From a candidate division WWE3 bacterium (GTDB lineage Bacteria > Bdellovibrionota > UBA1018 > UBA923): a stretch of 47,268 nt of DNA. Below the pieces are notes generated by a model. It did no database searches and was not told where the DNA came from. It worked only from the letters and a program-made list of their open reading frames with translations. Positions 28,185 through 36,671 of the stretch are shown piece by piece (positions within the stretch are counted from its first letter, which is position 1; each line of letters starts with the position of its first letter). The stretch lies in assembly GCA_038231515.1 (NCBI GenBank), contig JBBRLF010000003.1, positions 1 through 47,268 of the forward strand, given 5' to 3'. A program made the position numbers and the translations under genes.

Positions 28185-29015
28185 CTATATGCTCTTTTTC
28201 CTGGTCTTGGCCTTCTTAAAAACGAGGCGCGATTGTAGCTCCTCGAAGGCATGACTCTTAACAATAGGATCACGCACCGGAGATAATTTCGCAACCTCAT
28301 CGCGGGCCGAAGTCAGGCGCTCATCCGGATCTGGTAGAATTTTGCCGAGTGCCCGCATCGAAACGTCCATGGGCGGAGCCGTCCAACGCTGAACCAGGGT
28401 AACCGCGCCGCGCGGGTCATATTTGGCGGCATACATGAGCCTGATCCCCTCTTGCTCGGCCTTGAGATAGGCGAAACTTCCAAAGTCGAACAGCCCCCCC
28501 GCGTCAAACCAGCCATTTTCCAAATAATTCCGTTTGGGAGCTTCAGGCGGAGTGGGCAGGCTTTCGAGCGTTGCGAAGTTGCGCGCGGTCAGGTGCTCTT
28601 TGACGCAGGCAAGCTGCACGGCCAGGATAAATGCGAGCTCATTTTCGTACACCACTGTGGCAAGGGCCCCGCGTGAAATATAAATAGTCTTGCCCAGGCC
28701 AGATGCAATGTAAGGCGTTGCCGTGCCCAAAAGCAGTACGTGGGCGCCCTTAAGCTCGGCCGCGGATTCGGGGTCGGCCGCCGCAATGCGCGCGAGCATG
28801 GCATTGAGAATTCGCTCAGCCGGAAAATCCATCCATGCGCCATAGGCGCGCAGGATATTCGCATCAAGCCGACTCGCCAGCGGCGCCTCTTTGTCAGCGG
28901 GCATGACTTGCTGCTGAGCATTTTGCGAGGGCGCCGACCTACACGAGGCCAGGCCCACGACAAGAGTCAGACCGGCCAGGCCGATTGCAAAAATCGCAAA
29001 GTTATTGTTGCGCAT
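28185..29015 (-). CDS. M48/BepA-like lipoprotein lacking the HExxH motif
   Basis: Lipobox LASC, IYISRGAL, NELAFILAVQLAC, AEQEGIRLMYAAKYDPRGA, PDPDERL. Confidence 0.65.
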   Translation of the reverse strand: MRNNNFAIFAIGLAGLTLVVGLASCRSAPSQNAQQQVMPADKEAPLASRLDANILRAYGAWMDFPAERILNAMLARIAAADPESAAELKGAHVLLLGTATPYIASGLGKTIYISRGALATVVYENELAFILAVQLACVKEHLTARNFATLESLPTPPEAPKRNYLENGWFDAGGLFDFGSFAYLKAEQEGIRLMYAAKYDPRGAVTLVQRWTAPPMDVSMRALGKILPDPDERLTSARDEVAKLSPVRDPIVKSHAFEELQSRLVFKKAKTRKKSI

Positions 29016-29142
29016 GTTCAATATAACTAACAAACGCTCGCGCTCCGCGCAACCGCCCGACGTATTTTGTCTTGATAAAAAGGTCTCTCTTCGACATGCT
29101 TTCCGCGTAATCACACTTATATGGATATGGGGGAGAGATAGT

Positions 29143-29712
29143 ATGAAAATGAATCTTTTCGTAATGGGACTTATTATGTCGGCCGTCGCAGGAAGCGCTC
29201 AGGCGAACATTGTAACGATCGAGCAGATCAATACGCAGCAGCTCATGACTTCAGTGGCAACCCTGTCGCTCATCAACTGGAAAGTTGGCGACATGCAGGA
29301 CTCCAAGGTCAGCCTGAGCCTCGGCATGGAAGGCACCATGCACAAGGAAGCGACCAAGGAAGAGGGCGACGGCATCTGGATCAAGAACGTGCTGACCCTG
29401 CCAATTCAGACCGACACGCAGGAGCTGCTGATCGACCGCAACTCAGGCAAGACGCTGAAGTACGTGCACAACGGCAAAGAAGAGCAGATGCCCGAAGGCA
29501 ATATTGAAATTATCGGCACGAAGAACGAAACCATCACGGTTCCTGCCGGAACGTTCAAGGTCACTCACGTCAGTGCCAAGAGCAAAGACGTCAAAGACAT
29601 CCAGATCTGGATGAACCCTCGCGAAATTTCGCTCGACGGCGCAGCCAAGGAATTTCTGGACCAGGGCATGATCAAGATCACGATCGAACTGACCAGCTTC
29701 AAGAAACAGTAA
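29143..29712 (+). CDS. Hypothetical secreted beta-rich protein (ETITVPAGTF motif)
   Basis: GGGGAGAG RBS, signal peptide ending AQA, E.ITVPAGTF motif seen in DUF3108-like exported proteins. Confidence 0.65.
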   Translation: MKMNLFVMGLIMSAVAGSAQANIVTIEQINTQQLMTSVATLSLINWKVGDMQDSKVSLSLGMEGTMHKEATKEEGDGIWIKNVLTLPIQTDTQELLIDRNSGKTLKYVHNGKEEQMPEGNIEIIGTKNETITVPAGTFKVTHVSAKSKDVKDIQIWMNPREISLDGAAKEFLDQGMIKITIELTSFKKQ

Positions 29713-29720
29713 GCAGTCTT

Positions 29721-29760
29721 CAGACGAAGGGGGAAGACAAGAGTTCTTCCCCTGAGTCTG
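29721..29760. terminator. Hairpin between convergent genes (possible bidirectional terminator)
   Basis: CAGAC..AGGGGGAAGA-loop-TCTTCCCCT..GTCTG; no clear U-tract. Confidence 0.45.
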
Positions 29761-29791
29761 CTGCCCGCATTCACTGCCCGCGAGCCAGAAG

Positions 29792-30634
29792 TTATTTCTT
29801 CGCTGGAGCCGGAAGTCCTACACTCGCGGGAGCACGTGGCGCCGCAAGTGCGCTTAGTCCCCCTGGCTTGAGTGCTCCCTTACCCGCATTCGCCCCATTC
29901 GCAGCCGGATCGGGTGCCGTAGCCGGCTTTGGCAATGAAGCCGCCGCCGGCGCTGGATCTGCAGCCGCGGGCGCCGCATCGCCAAGAGTCGGTGCACCAC
30001 CGCCACGCTTGGCTTTGATTGCCTCAGCCTGAGCCTTTTCCTGCTCGGTAATCTGATAATAGAGATAGAAGCCGGAGTAAATGCGGTTTGGATTGTGAAT
30101 CAGGCCTTTGTTGTTGGCCCAGATCTTCTTCCACTTGTTGCGTTTCGCATAAATGTCGTCGGCAATCGAAGCCAGCGTGTCGCCGTGCTTGATCATGTAA
30201 GGGTCGCCATTTTTTTCAATAACGGCTTCGCTATCGGGCTTCTCGTATTTGAGCTCGGTGCCCTTTTCGAGCTGACTTGCCCGTTTCAGCGTATCCTTGT
30301 TCCAGTCATAAAGATTTTTCCAGTGCGCGATGTCGCCGTAAATCGTAAAGGCGATTTTCATCAACGTATCGCCCTTTCGCACGGTGTACGTCGCCATGTC
30401 GCCGCTACCCTTCATTTCGGGTGCCGCGGCTTTAGGAGAGTCCTCAAACGGCTTGGAGTCGTCGATCACCGGCAGCGCTTCTGCCGTGCTCCCGCCGTCT
30501 ACCGGCGCGGTATCCGCGTCTGGCGTGCCGTCGAGGGATTCGGCTCCTGCATCTTTTCGTTTCTTTCCGCAGCCCGTCATGCCTATAGCAAGGGCCAGGA
30601 TGACTACGGTGAACCATTTTAAGTTCGATGGCAT
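29792..30634 (-). CDS. Double-LysM peptidoglycan-binding lipoprotein
   Basis: AAGGAG RBS, lipobox MTGC, YTVRKGDTLMKIA and YMIKHGDTLASIA, Ala/Pro-rich tail. Confidence 0.88.
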   Translation of the reverse strand: MPSNLKWFTVVILALAIGMTGCGKKRKDAGAESLDGTPDADTAPVDGGSTAEALPVIDDSKPFEDSPKAAAPEMKGSGDMATYTVRKGDTLMKIAFTIYGDIAHWKNLYDWNKDTLKRASQLEKGTELKYEKPDSEAVIEKNGDPYMIKHGDTLASIADDIYAKRNKWKKIWANNKGLIHNPNRIYSGFYLYYQITEQEKAQAEAIKAKRGGGAPTLGDAAPAAADPAPAAASLPKPATAPDPAANGANAGKGALKPGGLSALAAPRAPASVGLPAPAKK

Positions 30635-30698
30635 GGGCAGATTCTCCTTCACCTGCTTCTTCGGAGATTCCCAAGTCAATCTTTAGGCGCGGCAAACT

Positions 30699-31376
30699 TT
30701 ACCGGGCTGGCAGGAACAATTCCTTCTGGTCGAGCTCCTGAAAAATCTGACGTCCCACTTTTTCGAAGTCGCTCGGATTATTGAGAAAGTCGTAATTGTC
30801 AGAGTCAACAACCAGAACCTTACCCTGATGGTGCTGTTCGATCCATTCGTCATAATAACGATTAAGATTGGCCAGATAGGTGTCGCTGATGTTGGCTTCG
30901 TAGTCGCGGCCGCGACGCGCGATGTTGCTCTTCAGCTTGGGCAGGCTTTTGCGCAGATAGATCAGCAAATCCGGCGGTGTCAGGTGTTTGCACATCTCGT
31001 TATAGAGATCGAGATAGTTGTGATAATCGCGCTTCTCCATCAGACCGCTTTCAAACAGGTTGCGCGCGAAGATGTTAGCGTCTTCATAAATACTGCGATC
31101 TTGAATCGAGCTGTTTGAACTCTGATTAATGATCTGGTGAGCCTTGAAGCGCGTGTTCAGAAAGAAGATCTGAATCGGAAACGACCAGCGCGACATATTC
31201 TCATAGAAATCGGCCAGGTATGGGTTATCGACGACCACTTCGTAGTGTGGTTCAAAGCCATACTTTTTCGAGAGCAATCCGGTCAGCGTCGTCTTGCCCG
31301 TCCCGATATTTCCGGCAACTGCAATGAAGATCTTGGGCCCCGGCGTGGTGCGTTCGTTCTCAGCTATTCCGGACAT
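30699..31376 (-). CDS. Deoxynucleoside kinase (dAK/dCK family)
   Basis: AGNIGTGKTT, NPYLADFY, QDRSIYED, IARRGRDYE. Confidence 0.92.
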   Translation of the reverse strand: MSGIAENERTTPGPKIFIAVAGNIGTGKTTLTGLLSKKYGFEPHYEVVVDNPYLADFYENMSRWSFPIQIFFLNTRFKAHQIINQSSNSSIQDRSIYEDANIFARNLFESGLMEKRDYHNYLDLYNEMCKHLTPPDLLIYLRKSLPKLKSNIARRGRDYEANISDTYLANLNRYYDEWIEQHHQGKVLVVDSDNYDFLNNPSDFEKVGRQIFQELDQKELFLPAR

Positions 31377-31519
31377 CGTACCGGTCCCCTCTCGAATGGT
31401 TTATATTCGGATACCTAGTGACGGCAGCAACGTCAAACTGCTCCGCGTTATGTCCAATTCATCTACAGTCGGCCAAAAAATCCCATTTTCATCGAGGTGC
31501 ATTCGACTACAATGAACGA

Positions 31520-31924
31520 ATGATTAAGGCCGACGAAGTATTCAACGCCTCTGACTTTGAATCCATCCGACTTGTGGTGCACTTTCAAAACATCACGACT
31601 CGTACCGAAGTCAAAGACAAGAAGTCGGCGCAGCTCATCGAAATTGGCGACAAATGGCTTACCCTCGAGCTTCCTTCCAAAAGCTGCAATGATCGTCACA
31701 ACGTCATGGTCGACGTCAAACGTGCCGGCAAGGGCAAGCAAAAAGACGTGGACATCCTGAGCGTGACTGGAAAAGTTTTTTCAGTCGAGGACCTGGGCGA
31801 CAATCGCATGCAGGTGGTGGTCGAATGCGTACAGTTCGAAGAGCGCCGCTGGAACGATTTGCTGAGTCTTTATGCAAATCGTCAGGCCGAGATTCAAAAA
31901 TTTTTTGCCGCGGTTAAGGGGTAA
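31520..31924 (+). CDS. Hypothetical protein, possibly a degenerate PilZ-like barrel
   Basis: Beta-strand pattern (LIEIG..., LSVTGKV, VVVECVQF) followed by a C-terminal helix. Start set at ATG 31520. Confidence 0.5.
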   Translation: MIKADEVFNASDFESIRLVVHFQNITTRTEVKDKKSAQLIEIGDKWLTLELPSKSCNDRHNVMVDVKRAGKGKQKDVDILSVTGKVFSVEDLGDNRMQVVVECVQFEERRWNDLLSLYANRQAEIQKFFAAVKG

Positions 31925-31929
31925 TAGCA

Positions 31930-33261
31930 ATGGGATCGCCGCAGCAAACGCCCGAGCAGCAGCTGTTCATGAAGTATCTTGCCACGCGCAAAATTCTCAT
32001 CGCCGATCCCAGCGCCTCGGCGCGTTCCGGCGTTTTTAAAATTTTTCAGGAATGCGGAGCAAAGACCAGCCAGATTACGCTGGTGAACAGCTTCACGCAG
32101 GCGCTGGAGCAGATGGAAAAACTCAAGCCGCACATCGTGATCGCGGAATACGAGCTTGGCAAACGCTGTGGCCTCGATCTTTTGCAAAGCCAGCGCCAGC
32201 AGCAGCCTGCCGAAACTAAAGACACGCTTTTCATTGTCGTCACGGGCAACACCTCGCAGTCTGCAGTGGCCCGCGCGGCCGAAGAGGATATTGACGGCTA
32301 TATCCTGAAGCCCTTTACCGTCGAGGTGGTGCGGCAAACCATCATGAAGGCCGCCATCAACAAGATCCGTCCGTCGGAATACGCCATCGCCATTGAAAAG
32401 GGAAAAAAGGAGCTGGCCGAAGGCAACTTTGACGACGCCGAGTCGACGTTCCAGGACGCCACCAAGCTCGACACCCAGCCGGCCTTGGCCTTCTACTATC
32501 ACGGACAGACCAAGTTCATTCGCCAGGTCGCCGAAGAAGCCAAGGGCAGCTACAGCAAAGGCCTCGAGTACAACAAGATTCACTACAAGTGCCTGGTTGG
32601 TCTTTACGAGCTGCTGGTGAGCCAGAAAAATCACGCCGAGGCCTACGAGGTCGTGAAACGCGTTTCGCAGTACTTTCCGGCCAACCCCAAGCGGCTGGCC
32701 GAGGTGCTGCGGCTGGCGATAGTCAACGGCAAGTACGAGGACGTCGAAAAATATTACGCGATCTTTTGCAACATCGACGACCGCGACGAAACCCTGATCA
32801 AATACATCTGCGCGGCGCTCGTGGTGTGCGGCCGCTACTATCTGAGCTCCAAGTTCAAAACCCGCGCCCTGGAGCTGTTCACCAAGGCAGCGGCTACCGG
32901 CACGGGACGTGTCAAGATTCTGAAAGAGATCGTTCAGGCCCTGCTTGATTTTGAGATGATCAAAGAGGCCGGACAGTTTCTGACCAAGTTTCCGCCCGAA
33001 AGTCAGACGACCGACGAATATCTGCTGATGTCGTTCCAGGTGCTGAACTCCACGGGCAATCGCTCGATTATCATCGATAAGGGCCGCGAGCTGATCTCCA
33101 AGGGCGTGGCCGACGAGCATCTTTACGAGATCATGATTCAGCGGTCCATCGAAGCCAGGCTTACCGGCGCGGCTGAATCACTTTTCAACGACGCGGTTAA
33201 GAAGTTTCCGCACCGAAAAAAAGAATTTGAACAAATCGTGGCCGCGGTGAATTCGGCCTAA
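31930..33261 (+). CDS. Atypical receiver domain plus TPR-repeat protein
   Basis: KILIADP, HIVIAEY, VVTG, YILKPF receiver pattern followed by helical TPR-like repeats. Confidence 0.8.
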   Translation: MGSPQQTPEQQLFMKYLATRKILIADPSASARSGVFKIFQECGAKTSQITLVNSFTQALEQMEKLKPHIVIAEYELGKRCGLDLLQSQRQQQPAETKDTLFIVVTGNTSQSAVARAAEEDIDGYILKPFTVEVVRQTIMKAAINKIRPSEYAIAIEKGKKELAEGNFDDAESTFQDATKLDTQPALAFYYHGQTKFIRQVAEEAKGSYSKGLEYNKIHYKCLVGLYELLVSQKNHAEAYEVVKRVSQYFPANPKRLAEVLRLAIVNGKYEDVEKYYAIFCNIDDRDETLIKYICAALVVCGRYYLSSKFKTRALELFTKAAATGTGRVKILKEIVQALLDFEMIKEAGQFLTKFPPESQTTDEYLLMSFQVLNSTGNRSIIIDKGRELISKGVADEHLYEIMIQRSIEARLTGAAESLFNDAVKKFPHRKKEFEQIVAAVNSA

Positions 33262-34142
33262 ACGCCCAGCTTTTTATCCAGGGCCGTAAGCGCGGTCTGT
33301 GCCAGTGGCAGCAGCAGATCCAGGTGCCGGCTCTTGAGTTCGGTCTCTTTCATGCGCTTGCAACGCGTGACAAAAAGCGAAAGCATCTTGCGGGCGGGCC
33401 AGTCACGCCCGGGCATGCGCATATACAGCACACCCAGCTCATAAATTACGCCCACATGCTCGAGCCGGGTTTCCTGGTCCTCGCGCAGCAGCTCGGCGGC
33501 TTCGTCGATTTTATCCGCCTGCTCCAGCAGCTTTGCCTTGAGTATCACGTACCGTTCCACGTCGGCCGACAGCGTGGGCTCAATGCTTTCCAGCAGCGCC
33601 AGTCCGGGTGCTGTTTGCCGCGTGGTCACCGCCAGCTCGGCCAGCTCAAAAGAGGCTTGCATGTCATTGGGAATCAGCGCCAGCACGCTCTTCAGAGTTG
33701 TTTCGGCCGCGGCCAGCTGCTTAAGCGAGCGTTGGCAATCGGCGCGCAGCCGCATTCCCAGCACATTGTCTTTGTCCTTTTCGCCGATCGCGTCCAGCTC
33801 GTGCAGACACTCGTCCCAGCGGTCAAGCGTGGAGAAGCTACGGGCGGCTTCGAAATTTTGGAACGACTCCGAGGTCAGAAACTGTTCCAGAAACAACGTG
33901 CGCCGGGCCAGCAGCTCGCGACGTTCTGTTTTCGACTTCGACGTGGCCGCTGCGCGATCGAGCAGCTCGATGGCCAGCTTGCGATTGCCCTGGGCCATCA
34001 ACGTCTTGGCCTGTAGCACCATGACTGCAACCGCCGGCATTTGCTTTTCAGCGGCAGCCTTTTTCTTTTTTGCGGCCACCGCCCAGTTTGCGGCACCGAC
34101 CAGGACCAGCACCGCCGTTACTACCACGAGCACCTGTCTCAT
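33258..34142 (-). CDS. Exported tetratricopeptide-repeat protein
   Basis: Signal peptide; TPR-like helices (LALIPND...ELAEL, YELGVLY). Confidence 0.7.
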   Translation of the reverse strand: MRQVLVVVTAVLVLVGAANWAVAAKKKKAAAEKQMPAVAVMVLQAKTLMAQGNRKLAIELLDRAAATSKSKTERRELLARRTLFLEQFLTSESFQNFEAARSFSTLDRWDECLHELDAIGEKDKDNVLGMRLRADCQRSLKQLAAAETTLKSVLALIPNDMQASFELAELAVTTRQTAPGLALLESIEPTLSADVERYVILKAKLLEQADKIDEAAELLREDQETRLEHVGVIYELGVLYMRMPGRDWPARKMLSLFVTRCKRMKETELKSRHLDLLLPLAQTALTALDKKLGV

Positions 34143-35194
34143 CGTCCGGACCTCGTTATCGCCTGCGTCAGATCGTGTGCGTGAGCGAAGATCGACGGTA
34201 AACCACCAGTGTGAATGAAGAGAATATTTTTTCCGAAAAGAGCCGCGCGTTCCGGCGAGGCTTTAAGCTAGCCCAGTAACCCGCCCAGCGCCTTGCCCGT
34301 GTAAACCGGGTCAAGGATCAGGCCATCTTCGCGCGCCACCTCGGCGATAAAATCAAAAAGTACGGGTGTCGCCTTGGCATAACCCGGCCCCACGTAGCCA
34401 TCGACCACGTGAATCTCGGCTGGCAGAAACGAAATGGGCAGACGATAGCGCTGAATCGCTCCGATCATCACCCATTTCACACGCTCGGCCATCTCAGCGG
34501 CAGTTCGGCAAACATTGAAGCTCACAACCTGGCATTCGTCGTCCCAGTCGTAGAGGTATCTGCCTAGCGACAGACCTCCGTGGGTGCCCCCCGAACCATT
34601 GGCCGTAACAATCGAGCTGAACTTGGACGGCAGCCCGCCCTTTCCCGCCTGAGCCACGATTTCCTCAAACGCCGCGACATAGCCCATGGCCCCTATGTCA
34701 TTACTGCCGCCCTCGGGAATAAAGAGCGGCATCTTGCCGTCCCGGCGTCGATATTCCTCGGACGCGGCAATAAAGGTCTTGGCAATCTGGTCGTACTGCT
34801 CCTGGCTTACGTATTCGGTGCGGGCTCCGCTAAGCCGATCGAGCAAAAGATTGGCTTCAAGTGAGGTACCCGGGTTTGGCCTCTCGCCCCTGAGAAAAAG
34901 CACTGGCTCCAGGCCCACTTGGCGACAAAGCAGGGCCGTTGCGCGCGCGTGGTTGCTTTGCAAGCCGCCGCACGTAAACACCACTTTAAGCTGCTTTTCG
35001 AGAGCTTCGGCCAGCAAAAACTCGAGTTTTCTGATCTTATTGCCCGCGGCCGGCCCATGGGTAAGATCGTCCCGCTTCACAAATAGGTCGACCTTCGAAA
35101 ACTTCGAAGCCAGCTTCGAGAGTCTCGGCAAATGTTGAATGGGCGTCGGCACTTGCGCCAGTTTGAGCTTGTCCGGAATAGAAAACTTCGACAT
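34139..35194 (-). pseudogene. dcyD: D-cysteine desulfhydrase/ACC deaminase family PLP enzyme interrupted by an in-frame TAG at 34270-34268
   Basis: VKRDD, GNKIRKLEF, GGLQSNHAR, PEGGS, GSGGT, LDPVYTGKA. After the TAG the same frame continues LKASPERAALFGKNILFIHTGGLPSIF to TGA 34141-34139. Confidence 0.8.
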
Positions 35195-35206
35195 AATTTT
35201 TAGAGG

Positions 35207-36487
35207 ATGATTAAAGCGGATGGACCCGCGAAAGTCAAAGGTACTCTCTTTCTCTCACTGATGCTCAGCGTCTGCCTCTGCACGCCAACTCGTCTTCACG
35301 CACAGGTTTCTGAAAAGGAAGTTCAGGGAATCGAGCAGCAGGAGTTCGGCATCGAAAGCGGCAAGACGAAAAAAGCCGAGCAGCCCGCCGCCAAAGCCAC
35401 CGGCAAGACCGCCGAAGATTATCAGTCCAGCGCCGAGCCCGAGCAGGTAAGACCCATCGAGGCCGAAGAATTTCGCGTGACCTACAAAAAGAGCAGCCAT
35501 TCCGGTCGCGTCATGATGTTCGAAGACGCCTCAGAGAATCGTCCGCGTCCCGGCAAGATTCTGCTGCTCAAAAAAGACAACGACGACGTGGTCGCCATTC
35601 GCGTACTGAAGAATTACCCCGGAAAATTCGCCGCCAAAACGGTTTTACCGATCAACGAGCTGAAACCCGACACCGAATACCGCGCCATCAAAAAGCTGGG
35701 CGAAAAAATCATCGCACTGATTCGCGAACGCGAAAAGCGCGGCAAAGATCTGGACGCGGCCAAGACCGACGAGGACCTGGCCAAGGAAGTATCGCCAGAC
35801 GACAATGAGCTCGACCGCGGAATTCCGCTGCAGAAGGGTAAGACCAAAAAGGTTCTGCCATCGCGTCCCGATGGCGCCGCCGCGCCTGGCATGCCAGAGC
35901 CCCTGTTCACCAAAGACGGTGGCGAACTTACCGCAGACAGCATTGAAATTAAGGATGAGGACGAGCAGTATAGCGACCTTTCCGTGCAGGAAGACCTACC
36001 CATCGAACCGAGTCGTCATGCGGTAACGCTGGAATATGGTTCTTTGAAAAGCGTCGACCAAAACGCTAATCCGGCAACCTATAGCGGCATCGGGCTGCGT
36101 TACGGTTTCAACATCTGGCGCATGGCGCTGTGGCACCGCAAAACCTTGCAAGACATGCTTACGCTCGAGGCGGGGCTGTTCTATTACACGATTTCGGGCT
36201 TCGTCGAGGCCGACGATAGCGTGACCGTCTATCCCTTCGTGGGCGACGTCAGATACACGCTGCTCATTGGCGAAAGCCTGGGCCTGTTTGGCTATCTTGG
36301 TTTCGTCAAAAATACAGCTTCGGCCGGCAACGGCGCCAGCGCGGCCCTTACCAGCGCCGTGCTCGCCCTTAACGGCACCCATGCCGCACTTGGCGTGGGG
36401 GCCACTCTGAAAATCGGACCCTCGTGGGCCGTACGACTTGATGTGGGCTCGGATCTTTTTGGCATTGGCGCGGTTCTGAAGTTCTAA
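35207..36487 (+). CDS. Hypothetical outer-membrane protein (charged N-region, C-terminal beta-barrel)
   Basis: Signal peptide ending LHA, about 8 amphipathic strands, terminal Phe (GAVLKF). Start uncertain. Confidence 0.65.
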   Translation: MIKADGPAKVKGTLFLSLMLSVCLCTPTRLHAQVSEKEVQGIEQQEFGIESGKTKKAEQPAAKATGKTAEDYQSSAEPEQVRPIEAEEFRVTYKKSSHSGRVMMFEDASENRPRPGKILLLKKDNDDVVAIRVLKNYPGKFAAKTVLPINELKPDTEYRAIKKLGEKIIALIREREKRGKDLDAAKTDEDLAKEVSPDDNELDRGIPLQKGKTKKVLPSRPDGAAAPGMPEPLFTKDGGELTADSIEIKDEDEQYSDLSVQEDLPIEPSRHAVTLEYGSLKSVDQNANPATYSGIGLRYGFNIWRMALWHRKTLQDMLTLEAGLFYYTISGFVEADDSVTVYPFVGDVRYTLLIGESLGLFGYLGFVKNTASAGNGASAALTSAVLALNGTHAALGVGATLKIGPSWAVRLDVGSDLFGIGAVLKF

Positions 36488-36500
36488 TAGAGTACCCCAC

Positions 36501-36671
36501 ATGCGCCGTTTTCTTATCGTTTTGATGTGGCTGATGATTCTCGCCTCTGCCAGCTGCGGCGTGAAGGGCCCGCCGCTGCCGCCTGAAACGTCCAACGTCG
36601 ACGTTGCGACCGGACCGGTTTACGCGCCACCCGTTCCTAAAATTTATGGACCAAAGAACCGCGATGAATAA
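36501..36671 (+). CDS. lptM: Small LptM/YifL-like lipoprotein (56 aa; absent from the ORF track)
   Basis: MRRFLIVLMWLMILASASCGVKGPPLPP: lipobox plus CGxKGP motif, immediately upstream of lysA. Confidence 0.75.
   Translation: MRRFLIVLMWLMILASASCGVKGPPLPPETSNVDVATGPVYAPPVPKIYGPKNRDE

Noticed and set aside
31894-33120. Long antisense ORFs (this one, 24890-25999, 16625-17605, 9893-10693 and others)
   Set aside because: They are shadows of well-supported genes on the opposite strand in GC-rich DNA and carry no motifs.
34268-34270. Genome-wide TAG reassignment
   Set aside because: lysA, ilvA, pilT, degP, amgK and nfo all end in TAG at their expected C-termini, so TAG is a normal stop here.
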